64,000 bases of DNA from Octopus vulgaris (GCA_951406725.2 OX597815.1:96596001-96660000); one strand, 5' to 3'. Numbered from the stretch's first letter, positions 1 to 15,294 are shown. Notes: generated by a model not told the origin, from the sequence alone. Numbers and translations: made by a program.

Positions 1-1144
1 TCACTGTCATCATCATTAACATCAGCATTATCATTAACAAAATCATCACTATCGTCTTCATTTTTATCATCATCGTTGTTATTATGATAGAAATTAATTT
101 CATGGAACCAGAAATAGCAGCTCGTTTATTAGAATGTTGTAACATTTGGAAAAACGGACGGACGGGCACACGGAGGAGATAGGAATATTTTCGTTATTCT
201 TCTGATACCGGAGAACAGACAGAGCTGTATGTCACAATAACATCACCGCAAAGGAAGAAGTAGACGAAAAAGATATACATACACACACTACATAAATATA
301 AACATATATACACACCTATATATACAAACATACATAAATATAAATACAGACACACACACAAAATAACATATACATACAAGCACTTAAACACAAACATATA
401 TATGTATATACAATAACATAATAATAATATTAATAACAATAATAATTATACTAATTATATACTAATAATGCTAACAAGAATAAGTCAAACATGAAGCGAG
501 TGACTTAAGGCGGAGATACTGGAATTACATACGTGTTATATAGACTTTGCTATCGACTTCGTGTGAGAAAAACAACACAATTTATCAGAATATTTAAATA
601 AAATATATTTGAAAAAAAGAGATAAAAATAAAGAATAAACAAAATACATACACGACAAATATTAAATACAAATCCACACATATATGCACACAAACATATT
701 CACAGACGCACACATATTTATATAAATACATACAGAAACGATTACACATGTATATCTGTTATATAAAAATATATGTATATTTAGAAAAAAATTACAGACG
801 GAAACACAAAAATATATCAACGAATTCAAGCCACTACCCGCGAGGCATATTTAACTAAAGTACTCGAGTACAACTATTAAAAAAAAGTTATACCAATATT
901 TTATTCACATTACAAACAGTTGAGAAATTAAGGTAAGATTTGACATGTTTGACTCCATGTGTATTATTACAATGTGTTTATATCACGAATTTATTGTAAT
1001 GATTTTAAATATACAAGCATACATGCACGCATATATCGATCAGTCCATCCATCCATCCATCCATCCATCCATCCACCTATCCATCCATTCTTCTACACAT
1101 ACACCCATATATATGTGTGTATACGTATATATGCATTTATATGC

Positions 1145-1177
<33 letters not shown>

Positions 1178-1247
1178 TAGATACATATATATATGCATGT
1201 ATATTTATGTATGTATATATGTAAGTATATATGCATATGCATATAAA

Positions 1248-1286
<39 letters not shown>

Positions 1287-1895
1287 GCTTATACATATAT
1301 GTAGATGCTTTTCATTATATATCCGAGATTATTTTTATTACTTGGGTTTTTCTTAGCAGAGCATAGACATCAGTGGCATAGCTCATACCTCTAATTAATT
1401 TTTTAATTATTTTTTAGCAATTTATGAAACATACTTCGATGCAAACACACAAATCACACACATACACACACACACACACACAACACAACACACACATACA
1501 CCCTTATAAATACGCGCATACGCACACAACACATGAAAACATACCTACATCTGTGCATGTGTGTTTGTACGTGATTCCATGTGTATATGCGTGCGCGAAC
1601 GTGCGTGGAAATAATGGTATTGATTCTATTGTCTCCCTGATAGTTAAGGTGTATGATGCTTACATGAGGAATGTATAATGGTAACGCTCAGAATAAATAA
1701 AAAAAAACAACAACTATAGTTATTCGCCTGTCTTCGTTTGAAACTGCTTTCAAACACACGCAATGTACATAGGGGTGAAGCTCCCCAACCGACATCCGTC
1801 ACATGTGTGACCTTGACCCGTAGTTTGGATTTGCTTTAATTATTGTTTTTGTTGTTGTTGTTGTTGTTGTTATATTATTATTATTATTATTGTTG

Positions 1896-2001
<106 letters not shown>

Positions 2002-2020
2002 TAATAAAAATTATAATAAT

Positions 2021-2240
2021 AGTGGTTTCAAATTTAGACACAAGACCAGTAATTTCCGTGGAGATGCTAAGTCGAATACATCGACCCCAGTGTTCAACTG
2101 GTTGCTTATTTTACTCACCTCAAAAGAATAAAAGGTAAAGTCGACCACAGTGAAATTTGAACTCAGAACGCAAAGACGGTCGAAACACTGCTCATCATTT
2201 TGTCTAGTGCGCTAACGATTCTGCCAGCTCGTCGACTTAA
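2021..2240 (-). mobile_element. tRNA-derived SINE, family A, reverse copy
   Basis: Reverse complement reads ...CGAGCTGGCAGAATCGTTAGCGCAC...GTTCTGAGTTCAAATTTC...GTCGACTTTACC..., matching the copy at 3881. Confidence 0.8.
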
Positions 2241-2320
2241 GAACTACAACAACAACAACACCAGCAACACCGCCACCAACAACAACGACAACAACGACAA
2301 CGACGTCGACGGCAATAACG

Positions 2321-2363
<43 letters not shown>

Positions 2364-2372
2364 TAACAATAG

Positions 2373-2434
<62 letters not shown>

Positions 2435-2784
2435 TTAATAATCATAATAATAATAATAAGATGAGCTGGTAGAATTGTTTCTGTGCCGGACATTATGATA
2501 AGTGGCATTTCTTCCGGCTTTATGTCTTGACTTCAAATTCATGGTTTTGGGTCCGGTGAAAAAAAAAATACCACTTGAGAACTAGGGTTGTTGTAATCAA
2601 CCTACCCACTTGCACAAAATTTCAGATCTTGCACACGTAGTTGAGATGACTGTTATTTGAAATAAGTACCAGCTGTGTACCGGGGTGGATATCATCCACT
2701 TACACATGCCCTAAACATGGTGGCCTTGTGCCAAAATTTGAAATCCATATTATTATTATCATCCTCCTCCCCCTCCTCATCATC

Positions 2785-2834
<50 letters not shown>

Positions 2835-2836
2835 CA

Positions 2837-2988
<152 letters not shown>

Positions 2989-3808
2989 TAATTGCTAAAA
3001 TCGTTAGAAGGCTGGAAAATAGCCTTGTGATATTTGTTCCGGCTGTTTATTTTCTGATTTCAAATCCCACTCATATCAAATTTCACTTTCATTTTTCTGT
3101 TTTGTTTTGTTCTTTGTTTTTTCGTAATCAGTAAAGTACCAGTCTGAAAATAACCGGGTGTGATGGCATCGGCTACAACCCACCCTACGTCTTCGACAAT
3201 TGTTGTTTTTGAGCATAAATCCGAAACCATCAATCTTATTAATATTTCGATAACCTTCATCATCACCATTATCATCATCATCGTCGTCGTCGTCATCATC
3301 ATCATCATCACCGTCATTGTCGTCGTCGTCGTCATCATCATCATCATGTTGCAGATTGGTGAACTTGTTAAATCCACATACAGCGTGTCTTGTAATATTT
3401 GTTCCGATTTTTTTACGTTCCAAGTTCAATTCATGTTGAAGTAAACTTCGCAGCTCTATTCTTCTTGTTTTAAAAAAACACCCCAAAAAACATTGGTTAA
3501 TTTTATCAAAGAAACAACCTCCACCACAAATATTTCGACATGTGTCTATGTTAGATATGATAACACTTATTAATATATCTTAAACGATTCGACATTTAGC
3601 AAATAATTAATAATGCTATAAAATTCTAAAGTTTAAACAAGTTCAGACATTGTACAGACAAGAAGTAAAAATTTTATTATATCAGTTGCAGTATTCGACT
3701 GTCTTTTACAAATTCGAAATCAGGAAAAACGAAAGCATATCAGTCTTTAATATACTCCAAGTCATTTTGTCCGGCATTCTACATATATAATTTACATATT
3801 TCCATTAG

Positions 3809-3880
<72 letters not shown>

Positions 3881-3882
<2 letters not shown>

Positions 3883-4273
3883 GACGCCGAGCTGGCAGAA
3901 TCGTTAGAACGCCGGGTGAAATGCTTAGCGGTATTTCGTCTGCCGCTACGACCTGAGTTCAAATTCCGCCGAAGTCGACTTTGCCGTTCATCCTTTCAGG
4001 GTCGATTAGATAAGTACCAGTTACGCACTGGGGTCGATATAATCGACTTAATCTGTTTGTCCTTGTTTGTCCCCTCTATGTTTAGCCTCTTGTGGGTAGT
4101 AAAAAAATAGGTATTTCGCCCGTTTTACGTTCTGATTTCAAATTCTGCCGAGGTCAACAGTGCCTTTAATTCTTCGGGGTCGATAAATTAAGTATCAATG
4201 TACACTGGGGGTCGATGTAATCCATTAGTACCTTCTCTCCAAATTTCAGGCCTCGTGCCTTTAGCAGAAAGGA
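3881..4273 (+). mobile_element. Best-preserved family A SINE, with dimeric or nested structure
   Basis: GCCGAGCTGGCAGAATCGTTAG...GAGTTCAAATTCCGCC...GTCGACTTTGCCGTTCATCCTTTCAGGGTCGAT...AAGTACCAG; the body restarts at GGTATTTCG (about 4110). From memory the central block resembles the Meta/MESC SINE domain; not verified. Confidence 0.8.
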
Positions 4274-4537
4274 TTATTATTATTATTGTCATCAAGCCAG
4301 CGAGTTGGCCGAATCGTTAAGACGCGGGCCGGGCGAAATGCGTAGCGGTATTTGACCCGTCTTCATGTTCTGATTTCAAATTCTGCCGAAGTTGACTTTG
4401 TCTTTCATCCTTTCAGGGTCGATAAAATGTGTACCAGTTGGACATTTGGGTCGATGTAATCGACTAATCTCTTCCTCAAGAATTGCTGTCCTTGTGGCAA
4501 AATTTGAAGCCATCATCATCATCATCATCATCATCAT

Positions 4538-4569
<32 letters not shown>

Positions 4570-4915
4570 TCATCATCATAATCATGAATTTGGTATTAAC
4601 ATACTACTTAGCGTAGCGGATGGTGAATATAATAAATAGCCGTTAAATATTTTGGTCGGTTAAACAGACTGCACACTTAACCAAAAATCTGTGGCATTGC
4701 AGCAAATGTGGTATTATAGAAATTAGAATTATTATTAATGGTTAATAGCTCGAGCGACCGACATAGTGTCTTTGTGTGCTTAGTTATGCCCCCTTACAAT
4801 CTGAGTTCAAATCCCATCAGCGTCAAAATCCTTCATCCGTCATCGCTAAAATACATTTTAATCAGTGAAATATTCAAACTGGATATATTGATTGTAAATC
4901 CACCTTCAAAGATAA

Positions 4916-4956
<41 letters not shown>

Positions 4957-5097
4957 TTGTTTACTTGCTTTTAACTAACAATGGTAGGTAATTATTATTT
5001 CAATGAATCACCATCAAATCCTAAACCTGGGGATCGGCAAAACCGGTTGAATTCCTCACTGGCATTATGATAGTGCAAAGGGCTATTGGCGTTGTTT

Positions 5098-5289
5098 CTT
5101 CTTCTTCTTCTTCTTCTTCTTCTTCTTCTTCTTCTTCTTCTTCTTCTTCTTCTTCTTCTTCCTCCTCTTCTTCTTCTTCCTCTTCTTCTTCTTCCTCTTC
5201 TTCTTCTTCCTCTTCTTCTTCTTCTTCGTTTTCTACTTCTTCTTTTTCTCCTCCTCCTCCTTCTCCTCCTCCTTCTTCTTCTTATTCTT

Positions 5290-5358
<69 letters not shown>
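5098..5358. repeat. Compound (CTT)n/(CCT)n plus (ATT)n microsatellite
   Basis: Directly visible; source of the poly-R/S/L pseudo-ORFs. Confidence 0.95.
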
Positions 5359-5572
5359 TCCATTAGTATTATTGAAGCGGCGTACAGGCAGAATCGTTAG
5401 CATGTCGGAGAGAATGTTTGGCGGCATTTCCTCTGTCTTTACTTTCAGAGTTCCAATTACGCCGAGGCTGACTTTGCCTTACATCCTTTTCGGGTCAATA
5501 AAACAAGTACCAATCGATGTAATTGACGTACTCCTTACTCGAACTTGCTGGCCTTGTACCAACATTTTATAC

Positions 5573-5644
<72 letters not shown>

Positions 5645-6444
5645 GGTGGAAGTATTGTTAGCACGCTGGGCAGAATTTTTAGCGACATTTCGTTCTGAGT
5701 TCAAGATCCGTCGAGTTCTTTCCTCTTTTCCGGGTCGATGAAATAATTACCAGTTGAGCACTGGGAGCGATGTAATCGACGAGAGCCCTACTTCAAATTT
5801 TAAGACCTTATGCCGATATTAGAAAGAATAATTATTATTGCTAAGGCGACAAGCTGCTAGAATCGTTAGCATGCCGGGCGATATAATTAGCGACATTCCT
5901 TCCGGGTGTACGTTCTGAGTTCAATTGCCACCGTATTCGACTTTGACTTTCAATCATTCTGTGTTGATAAAATTTGTACTATTCAAGTACTGTGTTCAAT
6001 ATAATCGACTAGCCGTATCCCCCAAATCTTCAGGCTGTGTCGTTATTATAAATGCGGTAACCTTGCAGAATCGTTACCGCGTTGTCAAATTATTTAGCGG
6101 CATTTCTTCTGCTTTTATGTTCTGAGTTCAAATCCTACCGTTATCGACTTTCCATTTCAGCTTTTAGATCAATTATGGCAAAAAGAAAAAAAAAATCAAG
6201 CTGAACATTAGGGTTAATGTAATCAACTATACCCTATCACTAAAACCACTTCACATTTCCCACAATTTTAAACAATTTTTATTATTTACTTTGGCAGAAG
6301 GTGACCAGCTTGCAGAATCTGTCTTTACGTCCTGGGCTCAAATCCCACCAAGGTCGATTTTGCCATTCATCATTTCGGGGTCGAGGAAATAAGTACTAGT
6401 CAAGTGGTCCACGTAATCTCCATACCACAAAATTTCTATTAATA

Positions 6445-6511
<67 letters not shown>

Positions 6512-7084
6512 GATCATTATCATTATTATTATTACTGTCAGAAGTGTTACAGCGCCGGTATGGGATTTGAGTTCAAAATCCACTGCCCTTCTTCAACTCA
6601 CCCGTCTTTTCTTCTGGATCAATAAAACAAAGCACTGGTCAAATACTGAAGCCGATTTAATCGGCCAACTGTCTCTTTTGAATTTCGATGAATTGGAAGG
6701 ATTCTTAGATAGTCCGGAAGCATACCGTGTGGTATTACCTCCTAAATAGAGCGTTGTAGTTTCAAATCCTGCCAAGGTCAAATTCGCCTTCCCTCCTTCC
6801 ACAATTGATCAAGTGAAGTATCCATTCAGTACTAAGTCTGACGGTTGTAGAATCTGTAGATCATCGGAAAATAAATGCTGTGTTCCAATTCTGTACATTA
6901 CGAGTTCAGATCTCATCCTTGCAAACTTTGCTTTTATCCTTCTTGGATGGATACAAGGAAGTAATAACAAGGGAGTATCGTCGATGTGTCTATTGAGTAC
7001 ACCCACTCAGCATCATTGCCTGTATGCTTCAATCAGTATCACTCATTGCCATCATCATCCTTCTCCTTCTTCTTCTGCTTCTTA

Positions 7085-7143
<59 letters not shown>

Positions 7144-7196
7144 GTTATTATTATTATTATTGTTATTATTATTATTATTTTTATTATTATTATTAC

Positions 7197-7266
<70 letters not shown>

Positions 7267-7281
7267 ATTATTACTACTATT

Positions 7282-7320
<39 letters not shown>

Positions 7321-7633
7321 TCATTACTATTATTAATATTATTATTCGGCATTTTGTCTAACTTTATGTTCTGATTTCAAATTCTTACGATGTCGAGTTT
7401 ATTTTTATTCTTTGTGGGTTGATAAAATGAGTACCAGGTGGAATCCAGTCCCCTTGTTCTCGACGTATCCCTGTCCCCGAAATTGCTGGCCTTGTACCAA
7501 AATTAGAAATTACTACTACAACTACTACTACTACTACTACTACTACTAATACTACAACAACAACTACTACTACTACTACTACTAATAATAATAATTATAA
7601 TAATTATTATTGTTGTTGTTGTTGTTGTTGTTG

Positions 7634-7698
<65 letters not shown>

Positions 7699-8084
7699 AT
7701 TATTATTATACCACAACAGTTGTTGGTTTTATTTGGGTCCACATTTGCTTTTCCATTTTCGGTAGAAAGTGACACCGGTTATGTTGTAGAGCCAGTTAAG
7801 TTCGTTGAACTCCTTTATCCGTTGCAACACCGAGTTTCTTAATTGTAATTGAATCTGAGTCTTTATTTCCTCAGCTACCGACTGTACCAGCCTTGCCTTT
7901 TCTATCTCTTCTTCGCCTCATTGTTATCTTCACATTCATCACCATCATCATCATGACCATCATCATCTTCTAGTAATGATTTTCTTCGTAACGAAAATAT
8001 AAATAAAACAGTAATACAATTACAAACCGCGCCACTTAACACCACTAGCAAATAATACCACCACCTTTTATTTCATTTCAAAAC

Positions 8085-8985
8085 ACCATGAACAACATCA
8101 AGAATACCAACAGCAGCAACATCACTATCACTATATTTATCAACACCTACACCATCACCATGATCATTGTCGTCGCCATCATCATCATCATCATCATCAT
8201 CATCGTCGTCGTCGTCGTCATCATCATCATTATCATCATTATCATCATCATCATCACCATCATCATCATTACCATCGTTGTCGTCGTCGTCATCATCATC
8301 ATCCTCATCATCATCACCACCATCAAAACCACTACCACCACAACCGACGCCACCGCCTCCGCCACCTAAACCACCACCACCACCACCACCATCCTCATCA
8401 TCATCATCATCGGTATCGATACGTCGTCCCCACGTTTCCATCCTATTTCTAGTGATGCGGTCAATCATCGACCCTTGATTCCCTTATTCCTGTTTCAATA
8501 CTTTAGTATTGCCTGAGAATTTGACGTTAAACGACACTTTCTCTGTCCTACAACCACCAAAATAGGATATTGAGTACAACACTGATTAGGCTTTATTTAC
8601 TTTGGATAAGAATGAACATCACACAGCATCATTTCCTTTCGCTACCAGTTGTATAGGCGTTCTTCTAAATTATCACTGTACTTTTTCACCTTCTTAGAGG
8701 CGCACAGTGTGCTGCTGATAATAGTGATGATGATAATGATGATGATGATGATGACAATGATGATGACGATGATGATGACGATGACGATGATGATGATGAT
8801 GATGACGATGATGTTGGTGGTAGTGGTGACGCATATGTCGATGGCGTTCACAACGTTATCTCCAATGATGATCATAGTGGAAGTACTGGTGGATATAATG
8901 GCGGTGGTCATGTTGTTGTTGCTATTGGTGGTGGTGTTGGTGTTCGTGGTGGTGCTGCTGGTGGTGCTGGTGGTTGTTGTTTTGG
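8085..8985. repeat. Low-complexity (CAT/CAC/CGT)n and (GAT/GGT)n trinucleotide region
   Basis: Directly visible degenerate trinucleotide runs. Confidence 0.85.
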
Positions 8986-9154
8986 TGCAGAGTTTCCATT
9001 TCTGTATTTGCAAACTCAATCCTTAGCTACCAATATATTTCATTTCCTATTTTGGTTTAAAGTCACGAATTCTCAGCGATGAACGTAAACAATAAGTAAA
9101 CTTACATTCATTCACGCACATGCATGCGTGCATACCAACATGCATGTGCACGTG

Positions 9155-9200
<46 letters not shown>

Positions 9201-9269
9201 TATATATACTTGTGTGTGTGTGTTTGTATGTATGTTTGAAAGACACAGACAGCCAGAAACAGAGAGAGG

Positions 9270-9319
<50 letters not shown>

Positions 9320-9834
9320 TATGGAGGTATATATATTCGCAGATAGCCAGGGTTTGGTTTCACAAACAAGTGAGGCAATAGAGAAAATCTGATATTCCCT
9401 CGTCAAAATTAAGTGCTATTTTCTGTAGCAAAATAATCCTTAAAGCGAAAGCAAAGAAAATTATTTGTTTTATGAAATTCACTGCTAGAGTAACACTCTG
9501 TGTACCGATGAAGAGAATCACAAGAAAGGAAATAGATAGACAGATACATAGATAGACAGAGAAACAGACAGAGACAGCTAGACAGACATATAGATAGATA
9601 GAGAGAGACAGAGAGACAGAGACAGAGTGATAGATAGATAGACAGAGAGAGAGAGAAAGAGAGAGATATACATAGGTAAATTGACAGAAATACAAACATG
9701 CATACATAAACACAAACATACATACATACAAATACATATATGATTATATGCATATATATACACACACACATGTATTCATATATATATATATGTGTGTATC
9801 TATATCTGTATCTATCTTTGTGTGTGTGTGTATA

Positions 9835-9870
<36 letters not shown>

Positions 9871-10825
9871 TGTATGTATGTATGTATGTATGTATGTATG
9901 TATGAATGTATGTATGTATGTATGTATGTATATACCTTTGTAATACACAATGCAGAAGATGCCTACAAGCGGAAAGAATATATCCCTTAGCTTTTACATA
10001 AAGGGTACTGATAATAAATATGTCTTTCTCACTGTTTGCTTGGCGAATAAGCAGAAGACGAAAATTGCCGGTTTAGAAGCGTAATGTTTAATACGGTGCT
10101 CTTTTCGGCTCGCTCATTTCTTCCTACCGGTTCAAATACTGGTAGTATCATCTTTATATTTCAACTTATCTAGGTCAATAATACCGTTCGTATTCGTAAA
10201 TATGTTTTATGATTTAATAGGCTACACACAGTTGCATCTTAAAAACCCCAAACGTACATACCACTAGAAGGTGAGCTATCGAAGAGGATGGTCGTAACTC
10301 TAATTGGGTTCATATTTTTGGCTATACTACGTGCATGGTTGAAATCTCATTGGGATAGCTATTTCTATTTCATTCCTGCAGGGTTAATGAAATATTTGTC
10401 ATAACTGGCCTGGGGGATCAATTTATAGACTAGCATTTGTGAATCACTTATAAATAAATATTAACTTAATTATATTGACACCGAAGTCATACTCATTGGA
10501 ATCGTGTATGAAAGAGAAATTTTAATAATGCGAATTAAAATCCTCTGAACAACTATAACAGATATCACTCACGAGGACTAATAACAAATTCAAACTCAAT
10601 CTTGACCAAATGCGTTTTTCTCAATATTCATTTTTACTTGCAATAGCCGTTTCTTTTGGTCAAACTATCCTATATCCAGCTGCTTCATATGCCAAGATAT
10701 ACAAAATTCTCAAAGTGTATCACAACAGTTTTGCTATGGAATTATGAAACTATATTTTCGTTTTCTGAAAAAACAACGTTTTGGACTACGGCACTTTAGC
10801 TTAATAGCAACGATATAAATATAGA

Positions 10826-11265
10826 TATATGTTTCGACCAAAGATTTATCCAGGCCATGTCTAACTTAATAGTACCACCTGATAGGATTACCTAAATCTT
10901 TTTTAAGTGAAGATTTGCGTTATCATGGTCTGTTCGAGAGGGGAGCTCTTGTTGAGTGAGTTGTATCCAGGTATAGGTGATTTATCTGGTATTCCTTGAA
11001 GAAATGTGTCCAGATTCCGTTTAAAGGTAATGGGATCGTTATTCTCTTTGATCTGTTTCGGGACTATGTTAAATAGGGCAGGGCCACTTGAGGAAAATAC
11101 ATTGCATTGCAGTGTATTTTTGTGCTGTGATCCTGAATTGGGTAATGGGACGTTTGGCACGTGGTTCTAGCCTTGCATGAATTTTTAAGCTAATGTTGAG
11201 GTCGTTTGGCAATGCTACTGGTATATTATCCACATCGTGCAAATGATGTATCGCCCACAGCAACG
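10826..11265 (-). mobile_element. CR1/L2-group LINE 3' fragment (ORF2 C-terminus plus 3' UTR)
   Basis: Translation GPALFNIVPKQIKE..PITFKRNLDTFLQGIPD matches the GP.LFN.LP....FK..LD.FL..VPD end of CR1/L2-type ORF2; homologous to 40512-41245. Confidence 0.8.
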
Positions 11266-11424
11266 CTGGATAGAATAGGGTTTCAATGGTTTAAGGCGGT
11301 CCCAGTAATCGAGATTAGTCATGCCTTTAATTTTATGCACGTATGTATGCATATATGTATATATTTATGTATGTATGTATGTATGTATGTATGTATGTAT
11401 GTATGTACGTATATATATGTTTGT

Positions 11425-11462
<38 letters not shown>

Positions 11463-11568
11463 TATACTTATATATATGTTGGTGTATATGGATAATTGTG
11501 TACATATATATATATATAATAAATACACATATATACATATATACAATATATATATATACTAAAAATTG

Positions 11569-11624
<56 letters not shown>

Positions 11625-12191
11625 CATACACATATATGTATATAAATTGAAATGTATGGGTTCGTATGTATGCATCTAAGTATATGTTTGGTTGTAGGTA
11701 TGTATAAATGTATTCATATTTCCAGCAATTACCAGGGAAATAAACTTGCAGCAAGCCGTTTTGCTTAAGTATATTTTGAAGCCATAAAAATATTGAATAC
11801 ATTTGAGAAATATATTTATTCCCATTTCAGTACACACATCCCTACTTGATACTTCTCGTGCATACGTACAAAATCATATTCTCCACTGAAGTATTCAAAG
11901 TACACGTGTAATGGAAAAAGATAAATTCACGCGTATTTTTAAAGAAGTCTATGAGGCTAAAAATGCATGAAACATACAAATGAAAGCAAACATACAAAAC
12001 TATGCATCAATGCTGAAGCATCGTTTTCACACAGCCAAACTGTATGTGTATAAGTGTAAAATGCTATACATACATGCATATACATATAGGTATAATTTTA
12101 TATATATATATATAGTCATTTCTTTCTCTCTCTCTCTATCTTTCGAGCGATTTATGTACTAGTCTTAATGTACATGTATGTATTTACATAT

Positions 12192-12234
<43 letters not shown>

Positions 12235-12460
12235 CACATACATACACACACATTTAATAAGAATGCATATAAAGTATAAAGATATGTAAAAGTAAATGAT
12301 TATAATCGTGTATGTATATGTATATATATATATATATAGTAAGTATATGGTCGCATATATATATATGTGGGGACCGGTGTGTATACTTATGTTTGATTTT
12401 GTGTGTGAATGTATGTATATTTCTGTTTGTCTGTGTGTATGTGTGCGTATGAATAAGATA

Positions 12461-12600
12461 GTCAAAGAAAGTCTGGCGAAAGCAGTTGCAGCATTCACCT
12501 CGAACCTTACCCTCCCAGTACAACTCAGGCCGAGAACAGCATTGTCTTTCATCCTTCGCAAGTCGATAAAGATATAGCATCGGATGAGTATTGGGGTAGC
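12461..12600 (+). mobile_element. Degraded family A SINE
   Basis: GTCTTTCATCCTTCGCAAGTCGATAAA central motif. Confidence 0.5.
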
Positions 12601-14058
12601 TTCTATTAGTATTCAAATAGCTAGCAACGTAGAGCTGAGAATTCCTCGTCCAACTGCGGGTCCCGACGTCAGTTACATTGGCGACCGTTTAGATTAAATT
12701 GACCTTAAGATAAATATTGCGTGTACGTAGCACGTAACACGTAATATAACTGGCAACAAACACTAATCACAAAGAAATGCATATATACGTTCAGACACAT
12801 ACACACATCTTATCGCTCTCTCTCTCTCTCTTACTCACTTTTTATTATACTCTTTCTGCTATCTACTAACGCTCTCTTACTTCTCTTTCTCTATCCCCCT
12901 CTATCACTCTGTCTTTCACTCCCGCTTTCCCTATGAGAGCACACCCCATTAACAGAACAGCACAATATTGAAAGAGTACAGAAAATGCGTGCGCACACGT
13001 AGACACACACATGCACACACACACATGCATACACACCGAACACGGATATATACTCACACAACCACGAATATATATTAAAGTGGAGGCTTCATATACAAAG
13101 ATACATAAATATATTCAAACGTTTTGGTTTAAAAAGTAGCAAAAACAACAAAAGAAAAACAACAGTCAGTCAGCATGTATCAAAATATTTTACTTTTCCA
13201 CAAAAAAAATAACGATAGTGACTTCGAAACTTCACCGATGGTCAAAATTGTGTGATAACTGACAAAGTAATGATCGTCGAAACTTCCACGTCAGAGCCAG
13301 TGTATTTGCATGTGGGTATATGTGTATGTGTGTGCCTTTGTGCCTGTGTGTGTGTGTGCTCATGTTTGCATGCGTGTGTGTATGTTGTTTGTGTGTGTGT
13401 GTGTGTGTGACTGTGTGTCCGTGTGTATTAGTCTGTTTGTGTGTGTGTTTGTGTGTGTTTGTATATATCTGCGCGAAACGCTCGATATTAAATGCGTTAG
13501 TGCCACTGTACTTATGTATTCGTCGATCACACAAACACTGCTTACTATCAGCTGCTTTCTTTTATAATTTGGTTGCAGCTATTACAGGAGATGGTAGCGG
13601 CGGTGGTGCCGGTTGCGCTGCTACAGTTGCTGCTGCCATCTGACAAGAATAACACCAACTACTGCTATTACTTTACGACGGCAAATCGAACACGCGGCAC
13701 AGTTTTTATCTAGTCTGCTGACTACCAAATAATATAATACTAACACCTCTTGACTCAAACCCTCCGAAATTGTGTCTAGACGGATGGACGTTAGTTCGTA
13801 GCACAATCGTAAACGGTGCGATGACCACTGTTTCAAATTCTTTCATCAAAGATCTCTTCGAATAAAGCTGAACAGTGACTTAAGCATCAGCAACAACAAC
13901 GTTAAAAAACGGTACGAATATTACAACCAAAACCAGCAACATTAATAGGACTGTGAACAATATGAGTTGGAAATACATAGTATTGCAACTTCTATATGAG
14001 CATTTGCTTCACTAGATAGAGTGGCGAAATTTACCTCAAAATTATGCACTCCGTCATG

Positions 14059-14104
<46 letters not shown>

Positions 14105-14106
<2 letters not shown>

Positions 14107-14394
14107 TAACAGAACGAGATAGGAAAAACAAGGCTGTAATGATATTTATAAATAGAATGTTTTACACCTGTTTCCGCGATATTTCATATATCTCTTCATC
14201 GGAGACGGTGTGAGAATATGGTTAAGCAATAGTTAATCTAGATAAGATATGAAATGGAGAATGAAGTGGATGAATGGAAATAGATGTGAGATATGCAGGG
14301 ATATTTTATCTTCAGTTCCATTATTTAGGCAGAATTGTATATATATATAAGATCCTGCACCTTGTGATTAAGTTCCAATATAATTTAAAGTTGG

Positions 14395-14395
<1 letters not shown>
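14105..14395 (-). mobile_element. Penelope-like pseudo-LTR fragment with degenerate hammerhead motif, flanked by (TA)n
   Basis: Minus strand CTCACACCGTCTCCGATGAAGAGATAT..ATATCGCGGAAACAGGTGTAA; same family as the motifs at 18058-18115 and 19337-19395. Confidence 0.6.
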
Positions 14396-14435
<40 letters not shown>

Positions 14436-14472
14436 TAGATGCATACATAGACGCATACATACATATAAATGT

Positions 14473-14555
<83 letters not shown>

Positions 14556-14636
14556 GTATATATATATATATACATACATACATATATTCGTTTTGCAAGA
14601 TTCTTGATGTGAATTCGTGTGTTGAAACAGATAGTT

Positions 14637-14916
14637 TTGTATATGGGGATGGTCAAGTTGCTAGTTTAGGCATTGAAAACATCGCACAATATATTTGGTG
14701 TTCACTTGCTTCAGTTTTATTTTAGCTAATGGCAGATCGTTAGGAAGGAGAGACACACAAAAGAAAGAAGAAAGTAGACGACCACTGATGAGGTCACAGA
14801 AATGTGACGAAAGAAATAAAATAAATAAATATGATATAAAGCTGAAGCCAGTGAACACCAAATATACAGAGCATGTGTTTTCATTGGCTAAACTGGCAAC
14901 ATGATCATCCCCAAAT

Positions 14917-14920
<4 letters not shown>
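14637..14920. repeat. Fold-back element with about 85 bp imperfect inverted arms (14637-14720 and 14836-14920) enclosing a hammerhead core
   Basis: GGGGATGGTCAAGTTGCTAGTTTAG...TTTGGTGTTCACTTGCTTCAG versus CTGAAGCCAGTGAACACCAAA...CTAAACTGGCAACATGATCATCCCC. Confidence 0.8.
14785..14812 (+). ncRNA. Hammerhead ribozyme core, truncated (stem III missing)
   Basis: CTGATGA-G-[GTCACA GAAA TGTGAC]-GAAA: both conserved core boxes flank a 6-bp stem II with a GNRA loop. Confidence 0.6.
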
Positions 14921-14982
<62 letters not shown>

Positions 14983-15294
14983 TGTATGTGTGTATGTGTA
15001 TTTGTGAGTGTTTGTGTGTGTGTGTGTGTGTATGGGTGTGTGTGTTTGTGTGTGTGTGTGTGAGTATGTGTGTGCATGTTTGTATGTACACAGATCATAA
15101 TAACGCGCCGAAATTATTCCATATTTCATTATACGTGTGTTCCATTAAGCATGACTTGATAATAAACAACAAAAACATCAATAACAACAGCAACAACGCT
15201 TTCGCCTCTCAACCGATGGTCATGTTAATAGTAGTTGCTTGAAGAACAAGTCATGGAGTATTATCCTCAATTTTCGCTCTAACCGTTTTATTTC

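Noticed and set aside
8073-8468. 131-aa Asp/Gly-rich ORF
   Set aside because: Built from (CAT)n/(CAC)n repeats and open in overlapping frames; no splice or homology support.
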